A stretch of 1,195 bases of DNA from Escherichia coli (GTDB taxonomy: Bacteria > Pseudomonadota > Gammaproteobacteria > Enterobacterales > Enterobacteriaceae). The notes under the pieces were generated by a model, which was not told the origin of the DNA, did not search any database, and worked only from the letters and a program-made list of their open reading frames with translations. This document shows positions 1 through 1,195 of the stretch, piece by piece (within the stretch, counting starts at the first letter, position 1; each line of letters starts with the position of its first letter). A program made the position numbers and the translations under genes. The stretch lies in NCBI RefSeq assembly GCF_003334815.1, contig NZ_QOWO01000104.1; one strand, written 5' to 3'.

Positions 1-16
1 GGAAGGTGCGAATAAG
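1..16. repeat. Terminal inverted repeat of IS5, transposase-distal end (IRR in element orientation)
   Basis: ggaaggtgcgaataag pairs with the reverse complement of 1180-1195; the single mismatch is at position 13 (T here, C in the partner). Confidence 0.9.
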
Positions 17-39
17 CGGGGAAATTCTTCTCGGCTGAC

Positions 40-1179
<1,140 letters not shown>

Positions 1180-1195
1180 CTTGTTCGCACCTTCC
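1180..1195. repeat. Terminal inverted repeat of IS5, transposase-proximal end (IRL in element orientation)
   Basis: cttgttcgcaccttcc; its reverse complement ggaaggtgcgaacaag matches bases 1-16 at 15/16 positions. Confidence 0.9.

Overview
The whole 1195-bp window is one complete copy of an IS5-type insertion sequence (IS5 family), with its transposase gene on the minus strand. It starts and ends exactly on the 16-bp imperfect terminal inverted repeats (1-16 and 1180-1195, 15/16 complementary), so no host flanking DNA or target-site duplication is visible. The single supported gene is the 326-aa DDE transposase (insH, complement 147..1127), which I recognise as E. coli IS5 InsH; it is full-length with an apparently intact catalytic D-D-E signature. 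The transposase-distal end (about 40-150) carries phased T-tracts consistent with the intrinsically bent region known to let IS5 activate adjacent promoters. The other ORFs in the six-frame track are overlapping or antisense to insH and I do not support them as genes. I found no tRNA, rRNA, CRISPR array, or any sign of a novel or undescribed system: this is an ordinary, well-known mobile element, and all findings are low-novelty. Everything here is from reading the sequence and from memory of the IS5 family; no database search was run.
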